Source: an uncultured Erysipelotrichaceae bacterium | Lineage (GTDB): Bacteria; Bacillota_I; Bacilli_A; RF39; UBA660 | NCBI GenBank assembly: GCA_902785135.1 | Contig: CACZXL010000002.1 | Span: 10,710 to 74,709 of the forward strand | Length of the DNA: 64,000 nucleotides | Direction: 5' to 3' | Shown: one piece after another, positions 1-13,000 of the stretch | How positions within the stretch are numbered: position 1 is the first letter of the stretch | Layout: every line of letters begins with the position of its first letter | The notes under the pieces: generated by a model | Databases searched by the model: none | What the model was told of the DNA's origin: nothing | The model's input: the letters and a program-made list of their open reading frames with translations, nothing else | Program-made: the position numbers and the translations under genes

Positions 1-1051
1 ATGATGTTGTTATTATATCTATTTGATTTTTACCACTATGTAATTCATGTACACCATCATTAGTAACATCAATTGTATCAGTTCCAGGTGTAGCGATTAC
101 ATTAACACTTTCTGTATCTTTATCTACTACAGTTTTATAATCAAATATAGAATTATTAAATGCTGGTGTTACTGTTTCATTTTCTACTTGTAAATCTGTT
201 AAAGTATTTTCTTGATATTTACCCATTTTAATATACATATTTGATATTTTACCTATAAATGGTCTCATTATTTCATTGTTTTCATCTAATGACGCTCCAA
301 ATGTTGCTTCTGTATCAAATTGTTGATTAAAGTTAGACATATCTTGAAGAAGTGTTCTTGTTCCACCTTTATATTCATAATATACTTTTTTATCTATTCT
401 AAGGATTTTTACTTGAATTGGTACAGTTATATTAGTTTGAAGTGATTCTTTTTTAGTTCCATTTATGTTTTGTGAGATTGTTATTCTTTCAGGAGTACTA
501 TCTTTTTTAGAAACTCTTCTTATTACTAGACCAGGCCAGTTAAGTGATTCAACTTCATATTTAACATTTAAAAATGTTGCTTGTGTTTCAGTTTGTGCTG
601 AAGGTGCATATTCAGTTATAGTAAAACCTATTTCATAGTCTTTTTCCCAGTTAGTAGTGTTATATAATCTTATACCTGTTCTTAGAACATTAGTTCCATC
701 AAATGTAGCTTCATCTTGTTTAAATACAGTTGGAAAACCATTTACTACCCATTTAGCATGTAGTTCTGTATTAGTTGTTGCGATAGTTGATTCAGATACT
801 CTTGTATTAAAGTCCGAATCTAAATACCAACCTTCTAATGCATAACCAGTTTTTGTAGTTGTAGGTAACGCACCTATTCTAGTTCCTTCCTCTATAACAG
901 TTGCGGATACTTCTGATCCTCCATCTACATCATATGTTATTGTTATTGGTTCTGCTTTAACAATACCTATATTAAAGAGAAAAAGTGTTAACACTGCTAT
1001 TAACACTTTTATTGATTTTTTTATTGTATTTTGTTTAATCCCTTTTTTCAT
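1..1051 (-). CDS. secreted protein, N-terminal 350 aa, with a Listeria-Bacteroides (Flg_new) repeat; partial, runs off the window start
   Basis: ATG at 1051..1049 preceded by AGAGGTG RBS. Manual translation gives MKKGIKQNTIKKSIKVLIAVLTLFLFNIGIVKAEP (signal peptide), then ...GYALEGWYLDSDFNTRVSESTIATTNTELHAKW, which matches the Flg_new repeat consensus. I saw no in-frame stop down to position 1, but did not check every codon. Confidence 0.5.
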   Translation of the reverse strand, partial: MKKGIKQNTIKKSIKVLIAVLTLFLFNIGIVKAEPITITYDVDGGSEVSATVIEEGTRIGALPTTTKTGYALEGWYLDSDFNTRVSESTIATTNTELHAKWVVNGFPTVFKQDEATFDGTNVLRTGIRLYNTTNWEKDYEIGFTITEYAPSAQTETQATFLNVKYEVESLNWPGLVIRRVSKKDSTPERITISQNINGTKKESLQTNITVPIQVKILRIDKKVYYEYKGGTRTLLQDMSNFNQQFDTEATFGASLDENNEIMRPFIGKISNMYIKMGKYQENTLTDLQVENETVTPAFNNSIFDYKTVVDKDTESVNVIATPGTDTIDVTNDGVHELHSGKNQIDIITTS

Positions 1052-1262
1052 AGTAACACCTCTATTACATACTATCCTATTATATAAATATTATATAATT
1101 TGTAGAGGTTAAAAGTCAACATATTTCGACATATTAAAAGTAGAAAAAGGCAGTAAAAATATATACTTGATTTTTATTTTTTTATATGTTTTTTTATTTC
1201 CTTTTTAGATGTGATTCTATCCTTGTATTTTAGGGAAAAAATTATAATTAGAAAAATAAAAA

Positions 1263-1282
1263 AACTATGATTAATCATAGTT
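1263..1282 (-). terminator. rho-independent terminator, perfect 20-bp palindrome AACTATGATTAATCATAGTT followed by a T-run on the minus strand
   Basis: Perfect inverted repeat read directly; the A-run at 1256-1262 gives a U-tract on the minus transcript just after the 1282..1512 gene. Confidence 0.4.
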
Positions 1283-1512
1283 TATACATTTATAAATGGC
1301 TCAAATAAATCATAACCAAAGAAATATGTTACCGCAGTTAAAACACCCCATACTACTAACAATATTACTTGAATAATTAATATCTTATCTTTTTTCTTAG
1401 TTTTAACTGGTTGAACTGGTTGAACTACTTGTTGTTCTTCACTTTGTAACATTTGTTCAATTGGAACTATATTTGATTGAACACTATTATCTTCATTAAA
1501 AATATTATCCAT
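1282..1512 (-). CDS. hypothetical small membrane protein
   Basis: 76-aa ORF with a Q/V/P-rich N-terminus and one C-terminal TM helix (ILIIQVILLVVWGVLTAVTYFF); followed by a terminator. Confidence 0.35.
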   Translation of the reverse strand: MDNIFNEDNSVQSNIVPIEQMLQSEEQQVVQPVQPVKTKKKDKILIIQVILLVVWGVLTAVTYFFGYDLFEPFINV

Positions 1513-1569
1513 AGATATCGCCTCTTACTATATATAATTATAATATAAAAATTATTTTTTTAAAAGTAT

Positions 1570-2643
1570 TTATACAAAATTAACTAATATTTCATTAGAT
1601 AGATATAAATAATCTTTATTAATAAATATATTATCATCTTCTATTATTAACATTTTTTTATTTAATAATTCTTTTATATTATATAAATCTATTATATCAA
1701 TATTATATTTCTTTTTAAATTCATTTATATTAATACCAGACATTTTTCTAAAACCTAGTATTAATTCATATGATATATTGTTTTCTTTTGTTATTATTTC
1801 TTCTTCCCTAGAATATTTCATATTCATATAATTAATAATATTTTTAGAATTAGTATATCTAATATTATTAATATAACCAGAAGCCCCTACTCCAAATCCA
1901 TAGTATTCTTCATTATTCCAATATACTAGATTATGTTTAGATTCATAACCTGGTTTAGAATAATTACTTAGTTCATAATGATTATATTCATTTAATTTAT
2001 TATTAATTAATTTATACATATCATAATCTAGATCTTGATTAATTGGTTTTATATTTTTATTATGTAGTTTTGTATGTTCCTCTAATATAAGTGAGTAACA
2101 TGATATATGAGGTATATCTAGTTCTAGATACTTATCTAAATCTTCTTCTAATTCTTTTAAAGATTGATTAGGAAGTGCATAAATAAGATCTATATTAATG
2201 TTATTAAAGTATTTCTTTGTTAATAGTATTTTTTCTTTTATATTAACATCTTGATTTCTTTCTAAGAAATTAAGATGTTTTTTATTGAAAGACTCTACTC
2301 CAATACTTATTCTATTAACATTATTATTTTTACATAATTCTAATTTATCAGAGGAAATATCTTCAACATTAAATTCTATAGTAAATTCATAATTATTATT
2401 TAGTTTGAATACTTTTATAATTTCAAATAGTTTTGTTAGTTCATTAATATCTAAAGAAGAAGGAGTCCCTCCTCCTATATAAATAGTATCTATTAATTCA
2501 CCTTTATAATTATCTGTAATTTCTTTTTTTAGAGAATCTAAGTATTTATTTATCCATTCTTTTTTATAAAAGAATTTACAAAAATCACAATAAGAACAAA
2601 TACTATTACAAAATGGTATATGTATATATACAGACTTTATCAT
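1570..2643 (-). CDS. hemW: radical SAM heme chaperone HemW (HemN-like)
   Basis: YIHIPFCNSICSYCDF (Cx3Cx2C) ... IGGGTPS motifs. It lies next to lepA, as in the Bacillus lepA-hemN arrangement. Confidence 0.85.
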   Translation of the reverse strand: MIKSVYIHIPFCNSICSYCDFCKFFYKKEWINKYLDSLKKEITDNYKGELIDTIYIGGGTPSSLDINELTKLFEIIKVFKLNNNYEFTIEFNVEDISSDKLELCKNNNVNRISIGVESFNKKHLNFLERNQDVNIKEKILLTKKYFNNINIDLIYALPNQSLKELEEDLDKYLELDIPHISCYSLILEEHTKLHNKNIKPINQDLDYDMYKLINNKLNEYNHYELSNYSKPGYESKHNLVYWNNEEYYGFGVGASGYINNIRYTNSKNIINYMNMKYSREEEIITKENNISYELILGFRKMSGININEFKKKYNIDIIDLYNIKELLNKKMLIIEDDNIFINKDYLYLSNEILVNFV

Positions 2644-2644
2644 A

Positions 2645-3139
2645 TTATTTAAATGTCTTTCTATTTTTATCTATTGTTGATACTTGATTATAATGTAGTG
2701 AATTCATAACGGCATCATAATATATTTTATAGTCTTCATCTTGTTCACAAAGCATTGGTAATCTAGAAGATATATCTCTTTCAACTGTTTTATTAGAAAT
2801 ACCTAATTCTTTAGCTATTTCTTCTTTAGTATAACCTTGTAACACTAATCTCGCAACAGTTAATACTCTTTCTCTTGTTTCAAAGTCTTCTATTGATTTT
2901 TCAGTATTATTATCTATTAAATCTTTTATTTTATCTTTCTTTTCATTATGTGTATTCATATATTCTTTAATATATAATGATACTGTTTTATTACTTATTT
3001 CAAAGTATTTATCAGTAAAATGTTTAGCTATATCTCTTGTTGATGCGCCTGTATCAAAGAAATATTTTCCTATTAACTCTATTCTTTCTAATCTTTCTTC
3101 TTCTGTATATTTTCTTCCCATATTACTACTCCTTCGCAC
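2645..3139 (-). CDS. small DNA-binding protein with a sigma-70 region-4-like HTH
   Basis: C-terminal [23 protein letters not shown]. It occupies the position that hrcA holds in Bacillus, but at 164 aa it is far too short to be HrcA. Confidence 0.45.
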   Translation of the reverse strand: MRRSSNMGRKYTEEERLERIELIGKYFFDTGASTRDIAKHFTDKYFEISNKTVSLYIKEYMNTHNEKKDKIKDLIDNNTEKSIEDFETRERVLTVARLVLQGYTKEEIAKELGISNKTVERDISSRLPMLCEQDEDYKIYYDAVMNSLHYNQVSTIDKNRKTFK

Positions 3140-4910
3140 TTAATATTTGTAAGAATGCATCTGGCGGTACTTCAACAGAACCTATATTCTTCATTCTTTT
3201 TTTACCTTCTTTTTGTTTTTCTAATAGTTTCTTCTTTCTAGAAATATCTCCACCGTAACACTTCGCAAGTACATTTTTTCTTAAAGATTTAATGTTTTCT
3301 CTTGCGATTATCTTTGATCCTATAGATGCTTGTACAGGTACTTCAAATAATTGTCTTGGAATTATTTCTCTTAATTTATTAACCATAGTTTTACCTAGAT
3401 CATACGCAAAATCTTTATGTACGACCATAGATAATGCATCTACTATTTCTCCATTTAAAAGTATATCCATTTTTACTAAATCACTTTCTTTATAACCTAT
3501 AAAATCATAATCAAATGATGCATATCCTTTAGTCGCAGATTTTAGTTTATCAAAGAAATCATACATTATTTCTGATAAAGGTAATTCATAATGAATATTA
3601 ACTCTTGTTTTATTAATATAATCCATATTAACAAAATTACCTCTTTTATTTTCACATAGTTCCATTATTTGACCTATATATTCAGTTGGCACAAATATAC
3701 TTGTTTTAATATATGGTTCTTCTATCTTTGCTATTTTTACTTTTTCAGGCATCTTAGATGGATTATCTATTTCTTCTATATCTCCATTAGTTAAAGTTAC
3801 TTTATATATAACTGAAGGAGATGTAATAATAATATTTATACCAAATTCTCTTTCAATTCTTTCTTTAATAATATCCATATGAAGTAGACCTAAGAATCCA
3901 CATCTAAAACCAAAACCTAATGCTTTAGAAGTTTCAGGAGTAAATTCTAGTGATGCATCATTTATCTTTAATTTTTCTAAAGCATCTCTTAGATCATTAT
4001 ATTCACTTGTTTCAAGTGGATATATACCAGAGAATACCATTGATTTCATAGGTACATAACCTTTTAATATATCTTTAGCTGGATCATTATCTAGTGTTAT
4101 TGTATCACCTATTTTTATATCAGATATATTTTTAATAGATGCGCATAAATATCCAACATCACCTGCATCTATTTCATTAACTTTATTTATTTTAGGATTA
4201 GAATACCCTAGTTCTACTACATCATAAGAAGCATTATTAGACATAAATCTAATCTTATCACCTGTTCTTAGTTTCCCATCTACTACTTTTAATTGTACTA
4301 CTACACCTCTATATGGATCAAAAGCACTATCAAAAATTAACGCACGTAGCTTTGAATCTTTATTTACTTTAGGACTAGGTATCTTTTCAATTATTCTATC
4401 TAATAATTCTTCAACACCTTGACCTGTTTTAGCTGAAGTAAGGATAATCTCTTGTTTGGTAAAACCAAATGTATCCATAAGTTCAGCAGATACCTTTTCT
4501 ACGTCTGAATTAGGTAAATCTATTTTATTAATAACTGGTATTACTTCTAAATCATTTTCTAAGGCAAGATAAAAATTGGCTAGAGTCTGAGCTTCTATAC
4601 CTTGAGTTGCATCTACTAATAGTATTGCACCTTCACAAGCCGCTAAAGAACGAGATACTTCATAAGAAAAGTCTACATGTCCTGGAGTATCTATTAAATT
4701 AAAAGTATAACCTTTATAATTTAATTTAACTGCATTCATCTTAATAGTTATTCCTCTTTCTTGTTCTAGTTCCATACTATCAAGCATTTGTGAATGAAGT
4801 TCTCTTTTAGATACCGCACCAGTTAATTCTAATATGCGATCTGCTAAAGTACTTTTACCATGATCTATATGCGCAATTATCGCAAAATTTCTAATTTTAT
4901 CTTGATCCAT
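3126..4910 (-). CDS. lepA: elongation factor 4 (LepA)
   Basis: [16 protein letters not shown]1 motif, [13 protein letters not shown], and the EF4-specific C-terminal domain. I place the start at MDQDK (4910), which has a GGTGA RBS, rather than at the ORF-track start of 4922. Confidence 0.95.
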   Translation of the reverse strand: MDQDKIRNFAIIAHIDHGKSTLADRILELTGAVSKRELHSQMLDSMELEQERGITIKMNAVKLNYKGYTFNLIDTPGHVDFSYEVSRSLAACEGAILLVDATQGIEAQTLANFYLALENDLEVIPVINKIDLPNSDVEKVSAELMDTFGFTKQEIILTSAKTGQGVEELLDRIIEKIPSPKVNKDSKLRALIFDSAFDPYRGVVVQLKVVDGKLRTGDKIRFMSNNASYDVVELGYSNPKINKVNEIDAGDVGYLCASIKNISDIKIGDTITLDNDPAKDILKGYVPMKSMVFSGIYPLETSEYNDLRDALEKLKINDASLEFTPETSKALGFGFRCGFLGLLHMDIIKERIEREFGINIIITSPSVIYKVTLTNGDIEEIDNPSKMPEKVKIAKIEEPYIKTSIFVPTEYIGQIMELCENKRGNFVNMDYINKTRVNIHYELPLSEIMYDFFDKLKSATKGYASFDYDFIGYKESDLVKMDILLNGEIVDALSMVVHKDFAYDLGKTMVNKLREIIPRQLFEVPVQASIGSKIIARENIKSLRKNVLAKCYGGDISRKKKLLEKQKEGKKRMKNIGSVEVPPDAFLQILSAKE

Positions 4911-4972
4911 AAAAATCACCATTTATATTATACTATAAAATATAATTTAACTAAAGTTAAAAATATTGCATT

Positions 4973-5284
4973 TTAATTTATCATTTTTTCTATTATTTTA
5001 AAACCACCTTTTAATATAAAGTTTACTGAATCATTTATTAAATCTGATATCCCATCACCTATATCAGTTAATCTATTACTATAATTCTTTGAATTATCTT
5101 TTAAATAATTATTTATCTTTATATTTTTACCCTCTTTAATATCCTTTTCAAATTCTTTTATTTTTTCTTCAGTGAAAATAGTTTTTTGATTATTTTTATA
5201 TTCATAATAACCAGAATTAGTGGATATAAATATTATTAAGAATATAATAAATAAAATAGATAATATTATATAGAATACTTTCAT
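4973..5284 (-). CDS. hypothetical membrane protein (positional equivalent of yqxA between spoIIP and lepA)
   Basis: N-terminal TM helix. Its start overlaps the stop of spoIIP (ATGA). Confidence 0.35.
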   Translation of the reverse strand: MKVFYIILSILFIIFLIIFISTNSGYYEYKNNQKTIFTEEKIKEFEKDIKEGKNIKINNYLKDNSKNYSNRLTDIGDGISDLINDSVNFILKGGFKIIEKMIN

Positions 5285-6261
5285 TTATCCTCCTTTATAT
5301 ACTTTGTTAAAGCATAAGTAAGTACATCTATAGTATTTAATACTTCATTAATATCATTATCTTTTGCGCCTAATTCAATTAATATGACATTTTTATCTAG
5401 ATCTTGATTATATATTTCAGGCCAATCTGGTATATCGACCTCATATATTCCTCTTGAAACCCCTGGATATTTTTCATTAATAATACTATTTAATTTAGAC
5501 ATCATTTTATTGTTTTCTTCATAATTTGAATTAGTTGTACCCAAAACAAATAATACTCTGGCATAATTTTTATTATCAATATTAATTGTAGATATATCTT
5601 TATTAACTGAATCTCTATGTAGATCTATGTAATATTTTAAGGATGGATATTTTTCTTTTGCGTTTGTGATAAATACTCTAGAGCCACCATATAACTCATT
5701 ACTGGGTAAACCCATCTTAGATATAAAATCTGATAAATTAGTATCTTCAAAAACTGTTTTAATATCATTTTTATTTAATTTTTCTGTTAGTAATGATCCA
5801 GCCATCATAACATTTGGAACCATATTGTTACTTATATTTATTGAACTATAAGTTTCTAATTGATGAGTATTATAAATATATAATATTGGTTCTTTTATAT
5901 CGTTTTTTACTTGAATATAAGAAGTTATTTTTTCATAATCACTTGGATTATATTCGTCTTCTCTTTTATATACTTCTTTTACTTCTTTTTTATTCTTTTT
6001 TATCTTATTTATTGTTAAAAATGTTTCTGGTTTACTTATATCTATTTTCATACATAACTTAATAACATTTTTAACAATAAAATCATATCCATTATTATTC
6101 TTATAATTACTATTAACTAAATACGTTAATAATTCTTTATTATTTATATCTATTTTTTTAAATACTAAATGTTTTATTGTCATAATAAAAGTTGTTAGAA
6201 AAAGTAGTAATAGTATTAAATAATTATATTTTTTCTTTTTCTTTAGTTTTACTTTTTTCAT
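5281..6261 (-). CDS. spoIIP: stage II sporulation protein P (SpoIIP amidase family)
   Basis: N-terminal TM. PILYIYNTHQLETY matches the SpoIIP motif IYHTHT-E-Y, and YIDLHRDS matches IDIHRD. C-terminal ...NVILIELG. Gene order spoIIP then lepA, as in Bacillus. Confidence 0.75.
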   Translation of the reverse strand: MKKVKLKKKKKYNYLILLLLFLTTFIMTIKHLVFKKIDINNKELLTYLVNSNYKNNNGYDFIVKNVIKLCMKIDISKPETFLTINKIKKNKKEVKEVYKREDEYNPSDYEKITSYIQVKNDIKEPILYIYNTHQLETYSSINISNNMVPNVMMAGSLLTEKLNKNDIKTVFEDTNLSDFISKMGLPSNELYGGSRVFITNAKEKYPSLKYYIDLHRDSVNKDISTINIDNKNYARVLFVLGTTNSNYEENNKMMSKLNSIINEKYPGVSRGIYEVDIPDWPEIYNQDLDKNVILIELGAKDNDINEVLNTIDVLTYALTKYIKEDK

Positions 6262-6312
6262 ATTATCACCAATAATAACATATCATTTATATACTAAATA
6301 AAATGTCAAAAA

Positions 6313-6335
6313 AAGGAAACATTTAATGTTTCCTT
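6313..6335 (-). terminator. rho-independent terminator that encloses the stop codon of the 217-aa gene
   Basis: AAGGAAACA tttaa TGTTTCCTT hairpin with a flanking A/T run. Confidence 0.45.
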
Positions 6336-6987
6336 ATTCTATATCATAACTCCATGTTATTTTCTTTATTTTACCATAATGATATTCATATATTACTTTC
6401 GCAATTAAAGTAGGTTCATCTATATTTGTAACTGAGTCTCTATCAACATATTCTACTTTTTCTTTATCTCTATATCCAAAAGATATTTCTTTTGTTACTG
6501 ATTTATCTTTAATAGAATTTATATTGTATTTTCCATACATATAACTACCTGTTTTATTAATAACTTTATATTTTCTAAATACTTTAGTTATATGATTTCC
6601 TACTCTTATATTTCTACCTGTTTTATATTTTCTTTTTGTTACTTCTACTTTAACTACAACATAATCACCATAGTTTTCTTTTAAAGTTATCTTTAATCCA
6701 TCATATTCTTTATCTTTATAATTATAACCGTTTTTATTATATTCTTTTTCTTTATTAGGTTTTCCAAATTCTTTTTCAACTATATTTTCTTTATCCATAT
6801 ATTTAACTTTATTTATAACTAAATCTTCTACATTATATATAGTTTTATTATTTCTAAATAAAGTGATATTTGAAAAGTTTCTAAAGTTTCTAGAATATAT
6901 TATTAAAACAATTAAAGAAAGAAGGATAAAAGATACAATTAATATTTTTATATTATTGTTATTATTTTTTTTCTTATTCTTTTTCAT
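6334..6987 (-). CDS. membrane-anchored extracytoplasmic protein, partner of the large surface proteins (paralog of 34503..35162)
   Basis: K/N-rich N-terminus then a TM. It shares LF(R/K)N.K.I(Y/F)NV.DL.IN..YM..E..V.KEFGKP, YDG(L/F)KITLKE, KVEVT, VEYV(D/N)RD..TNID.P..IAK and ..I(T/V)WSYDI(E/Q) with the 219-aa protein. Confidence 0.6.
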   Translation of the reverse strand: MKKNKKKNNNNNIKILIVSFILLSLIVLIIYSRNFRNFSNITLFRNNKTIYNVEDLVINKVKYMDKENIVEKEFGKPNKEKEYNKNGYNYKDKEYDGLKITLKENYGDYVVVKVEVTKRKYKTGRNIRVGNHITKVFRKYKVINKTGSYMYGKYNINSIKDKSVTKEISFGYRDKEKVEYVDRDSVTNIDEPTLIAKVIYEYHYGKIKKITWSYDIE

Positions 6988-7001
6988 TCTTTTATCCCTT
7001 T

Positions 7002-10000
7002 CTATTTATTCATTTTTCTTTTTAAGATTAGTAATACTGCGATTAAGGCTGTTACAAATCCAATTACAAGTGCATATCTAACTCTAGTTTGACCTGTTTG
7101 AATATTTACTATTAATTCAGCACTAGATTTTGGAAGAATAACTATTTTTTCCGTCTTTGGTTTATTCGCAATTACACTTGAACCAAAGATTCTTCCATCT
7201 TCATCTACGAAGAATGTTGCGACATTTATAGTTTTCTTTGGTAATTCGTAACCTTCTGGTGCTTCTACTTCTAAGATTCTATATTGTCCTTCTTCTAATA
7301 AATATACTGTTGCTTTTCCGTTAGTTGTATCCATAATATAATTATTACTACTGTTATCAATCTTATAATAGTATTCTCCATCATCAGATTCAGTTAAAGA
7401 TACTGGAATATCAATATATTTCTTATCTTTGTTAAGTTTTTGTAACTTATACTTTCCTCCATCTAATGGATTATTATATTCATCATATTTATAGAATGTA
7501 AATGTACTTGGTTTATTTATCAATTCTTCATATGTATCAAATATTTGTTCTTTATCAGTTACTTTTACCATTACAAATCTATCTTCTTCTTTTTCAGGTA
7601 ATTCATAACCTTTTGGTGCTTTTATTTCTTCAATTACATAACACTTACCATATGTTAAATATTGAATTAATGCTTCACCTTTTTGGATTTGTACATGTTC
7701 AAGTCTACTATTTAATAATGTATTAAAGTCTGCGGATGTTCCTACATAAGATACATCATTTGTATCATATGTTAAGCTACTATTTATATCATTACATAAA
7801 GCTCCAGGTCTATCTTGACATGTTCTAAATTCTTTTGTATCACCTGTTTCTCTTGCTTCATAAACACCATCTCTTATTGTCTTTAATAACAATATTCCAT
7901 TTGTTTCTACTTTATTTGCAGGAATATCCATATTACATGTTTTAGCTTCACTAATAGTAAATGTAGCTCCCTCTAGTGTTTCACCATCTTGTGCATATTT
8001 TCTAATTAATAATGAAACTGGTTTATTAGCAACATTTACTTCTTCTACTTCAACCTTTTCTTGATCTACAGTAAATATAGTTTCAGCATGTCTACCTTCT
8101 GGTAATGAGTATTCTTTTGGAGATACAGTTTCAACTAATACATAAGTATAACCTGATGGTAAATATCTTAATATTAATTGACCTTTATCAGGATGTAAAT
8201 CTTTAACTACATTTCCAGTACTACTATTTAATTTAGAATATTTATAAACTTCAATACCTTTATCTTCAGCAACATCAGTTGTACCATCAGATCTTTCTAA
8301 TATTGCTCTAGGTTCAAAGTATACCAATCTAATATTATGATTAGATCTCTCTTCTATACTAGTATAATCAGTTGGATGACATTCACTATCACATTGATAT
8401 AATTCAAATGTAGTAGTCTCATCTGGTATAAGATAATTATATTTACTATCTCTCTTTTCTAGTTTAACTCTTGTTGGAATATTTTCTATTTCTCTTGTTA
8501 CTGATTCTTTATCTTCTGGTTCTGTATCTTTTAATACATATTTAACAACTGGATGTCCTTTATTATCAAATGGTAAACCTTCATATCTAAAGTAATTTGG
8601 TAATATAAAGTTTCCAGGTATTGTAGTTTGAACTTCTTCAATATAATATGTTTTATTTCTATATAAATTAGTAATCTTTAATTTACCTTTATAAGTATTA
8701 ATTCTTTCATATTGATTATCATTATCTATTTGAAGATATCTATATACATTACCTTCTTCTTCATTAGTTTCAGTATATTTTAAATCTAATATGTTACCTT
8801 CTTCATCCCTTAATACAAATTTAGCAGTATCAAATAACAATATATCTTCATCTAATGTAGCTTTATCATTTATTTTATAGTATTTATAGAAGTCACTCTT
8901 CTTAAATATTATTTCTGTTGGTGTATTTTCTACATTTTCATCTATTTCTATATAATCATTATTTGAATCATGAGATGTACCTCTAACAGTAAATAATGTT
9001 TCATCATTTACTCCACTAGTTGGATTATAATATCCATCTGGTGCGACTGTTTCTACTAATACATAATCACCCGCTGGTAAATATCTTAATACTAATAATC
9101 CTCCATCTGGATGAACATCTTTTACATTTATTTCATTTAATTTAGAATACTTATATACTTCTCTTCCAGGATCTTCTTGATCACCTTCAATAAGCGCTCT
9201 ATCAGTAAAGTATACTAATGTTCTTCCGTTTGCTAAACATTCATCTGTAGCACATTTATATACATTAAATGTAGTCTTATCATCATCAACTATTTCATTA
9301 GTTCTCTTATCTCTTTTAGCAAATGCTATTCTAGTTGGTTTATTAGAAATAACCTCTGTAACATCAGCATTATCAGCAGGTATATTCTCTGGTATATTAT
9401 ACTGAACATATGGATGTCCTTGCCAGTTCCAACCACTTGGTATACCTTCTGGTTTCTTAACTGTTGTTGGTAATATAAAGTTTTCATCTGTAGTAGTCTT
9501 AACTTCTTCTATATAATACTTTTCAGTTCTATATAAATGAGTTATTTTTAAACTACCATTACATGTATGAATTCTTTGAATAGTATTTTCTGAATTAACA
9601 GGTATATATCTATATTCACAAGTTCCATATTCATCTTTTAGATTAACAATATTACCATTCTTATCTCTTAATACAAATTCAGCAGTATCTAATACTTTTG
9701 GACTACTATCTTGTAATGATAATCTATCATTCTTATTATAGTATTTATAAATATCTTCTTTATTAAAGAATATTTGAGTATAATCATTAATTACATCTTT
9801 ACTTGTAGTAGTATTATTATCTGCGATTAAACCTACTGTCGTATCATTCGCATCTGTTGGATTATAGTATCCATCTGGTGCGACTGTTTCAACCGCTATA
9901 TATTTATAATTAGCATCAAGATATCTTAAGATTAATTCTCCTTGATATGGATGTAAATCCTTAACTGCACCTGTTCTACTATTTAATTTAGAATATTTAT

Positions 10001-13000
10001 ATACTTCTTTTCCTGGATCTTCAATATCACCAGCAATAGTACCCCTTGGAGTAAAGTATACTAATTCTCCATTATTCTTAGTACAGTTTTCTTCAGTACT
10101 TAAACATCTATAAATATTAAATGTAGTCTTCTCATCATCTACTTTTCTATTAGTTCTAGCATCTAATTTATTAAATACTATTCTAGTAGGTTTATTTTGA
10201 ATAACTTTTGTTACTAAAGAATCATCTGGTACAAATATAGGAATATTATATTCTACTTCTGGATGATTTGGTTCTAGTACAAAGTGTTTTGGATTAGTAC
10301 CACTTACTTCTTCTATATAATATTTACTATCTCTATATAAATGAGTAACTATTAATGTTCCATTTTTAGTTTTCATTCTTTGAACATTATTATCATCATT
10401 TACTGGTATATATCTATATTCACCATCTTGAACTTTTTTAAGATTTAATACATTACCATCTTTATCTTTAATAATAAATTCTGCTGTATCAAAAATCTTA
10501 GTATTATCAGTACTTGATACTACATCTGTATTATCATAATAACCATAGATATCAGCTTTATTAAGAATTATCTTAGTAGCTTTATTTCTAACATTATGAT
10601 GAGTATCTAAAACTGATGAACTTACTTCAAAGAATGTTTCTTCATTACCACCATTTGGATTATAGTATCCATCTGGTGCGACTGTTTCTACTAATACATA
10701 TTTTATATCTCCAGGTAAATATCTTAAGATTACTTCTCCATTAAATGGATGTAAATCTTTAACACCACCAGTTGATGCATTTAATTTAGAATATTTATAT
10801 ACTTCTTTTCCATCATCTTCATTATCACCTGTAATAGTTCCTCTAGGTTCAAAGTATATTAATGTTCTATCATTTATACCACATTCATCAGTATTACACA
10901 TATATACATTAAATGTAGTCTTTTCATCTAAAATAACTTCACTAGTTTTTTCATCAATTTTAACAAATTTAATTCTAGTAGGAGTATTTTCAATTAAGTT
11001 AGTAACATCTGCTTCATTATCTGGTAAATACTCAGGAACATTATATTCAACATATGGATGTCCTTGCCATTCCCAGTTAGCTGGTTTATTAGTTGGTTCT
11101 GGAACATTCTTAGGTAATATAAAGTTCTTTGGATTAGTTGTTTTAACTTCTTCTAAATAATACTTCTTAGTTCTTAATAAGTGAGTTATTGTTAATCTAC
11201 CATTATATGTATTTATTTCTTCTTCTGTATTATTACTATTAACTGGAATATATCTATATAATCCATCTCTAACTTTCTTAAGATGTAATATATTTCCATT
11301 TTCATCTCTTAATACAAATTTAGCAGTATCTAATAGTTTTTCATCAGAATTAATTCTAGCTTGATCTGTATTATTATAATATTTATATATATCATCTTTA
11401 TTAAAGTAAATCTTAGTTGGATCATTAGGTATATTTGTATTATTTAATGATACATCATTAGTAGTATGTTTAGAAACAGTAAAGTATGTTTCTCTATTTA
11501 ATGGTTCATAATAACCATCTGGTGCCTTAGTTTCAATAATTACATATTTATAATTTGATGGTAAATAATATAATATTAATTTACCTTGATTATATGGATG
11601 TAAACTATTAACAGTACCATTATTTAATTTAGAATACTTATATACTACTTCACCAGATATTGTAGTTTCTTGTTCAAATCTCATTAACTTTCTATCATCT
11701 GATTCACTACATTCATCTTCACTCTTACATTGATAAATCTTATATGTTGTCTTTGTATCATCTATAAGATCTGTATAATCTTCTCTATTAACTTTAGATA
11801 TAACTACTCTTGTTGGAGTATTATCCATAACCTTTATAACTTGCGCAGTTGGAACATAAATAGCTGGAACTTCATATTTAACATATGGATGTCCTTGCCA
11901 GTTCCAATTTGCTGGTTTAGGATTTGGTTCTTCTACATCAGTTTTTAATATAAAATGTTCTGGAGTTGTAGTAGATATTTCTTCTATATAATATTTTTTA
12001 GTTGTAGTTAATGAACCTCTATCTAAGTATCTAACTTTTAACACACCATTATAAGTTTGAATAGAACAATCTTCAGGTGTACTATCACAAATAGCAGCGT
12101 AATTATATATACCTCTTTCATTTGTTTCAGTTAATCTTAAAATATTTCCATTTTCATCTCTTAATACAAATTTAGCAGTATCAAATAATTTAACTGTACC
12201 ATTTTCAGTATTAATATCATTTTCATCATAATAATCATATAAATCTGATTTCATAAATGTTATTTCTGTTGGTGTATTAGGTACATTAGTATTATTAACT
12301 ATATTATCTGTATTAACTGTAAATGGTGTTTCTCTATCTTCATCATTTGGTTGATAATATCCATTTGGTGCGGTAGTTTCCACTAACACATATTTATAAC
12401 CTGCTGGTAAATATCTAAGAATCAATTCTGAAGAATGATCACTTACAAATGGATGTAATGTGCTTACTGCTCCTGTTGAAGAATTTAGTTTAGAATATTT
12501 ATAAGCTTCTTTTCCAGCATCAATATTTTCTGAAGATCTTATTTCTTCTCTTGGAGTAAAGTAAATTAATGTTCCTTGAGACTTAGTACATAATGGAACA
12601 GTATCAGGACATTGATATACTTCAAATGACATATCTTCAGTCATTACTGGTTCATTAGTTAATACATCTACTTTTGTAAATACTACTCTTGTAGGTGTAT
12701 TAGATATAACTCTAACTAATTCACTATATCCCATTAAATCAGTTGGCTTATATTTAGGTAATGTATATTTAACATATGGATGTCCTTGCCAGTTCCAATT
12801 TGCCGGTTTATCACTAGGTGCTGGTACATTAGTAGGTAAAGCAAAATGAGCAGGTGTTGTTGTCTTAACTTCTTCTATATAATATGTTTCTTCTCTTCTA
12901 ACATGAGTTACTAATAATTTACCATTATAAGTATTAATCTCTGTTGTTGTTCCTGTTGTATCAGAATATTCACCAAAAGGTAAATATCTAAATACTCCAT

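Noticed and set aside
657-845. Plus-strand 62-aa ORF
   Set aside because: It lies antisense within the partial Flg_new-repeat protein gene (1..1051, minus strand).
3037-3495. Plus-strand ORFs 3037..3258 and 3292..3495
   Set aside because: They lie antisense inside lepA and the HTH gene, with low-complexity F/L-rich translations. These are shadow ORFs.
5666-7726. Plus-strand ORFs 5666..5851, 5814..6062, 6863..7081 and 7502..7726
   Set aside because: They lie antisense within spoIIP, the 217-aa gene and the giant adhesin gene, and are hydrophobic low-complexity shadow ORFs.
11730-11948. Plus-strand ORF inside the giant adhesin gene
   Set aside because: Antisense shadow ORF.
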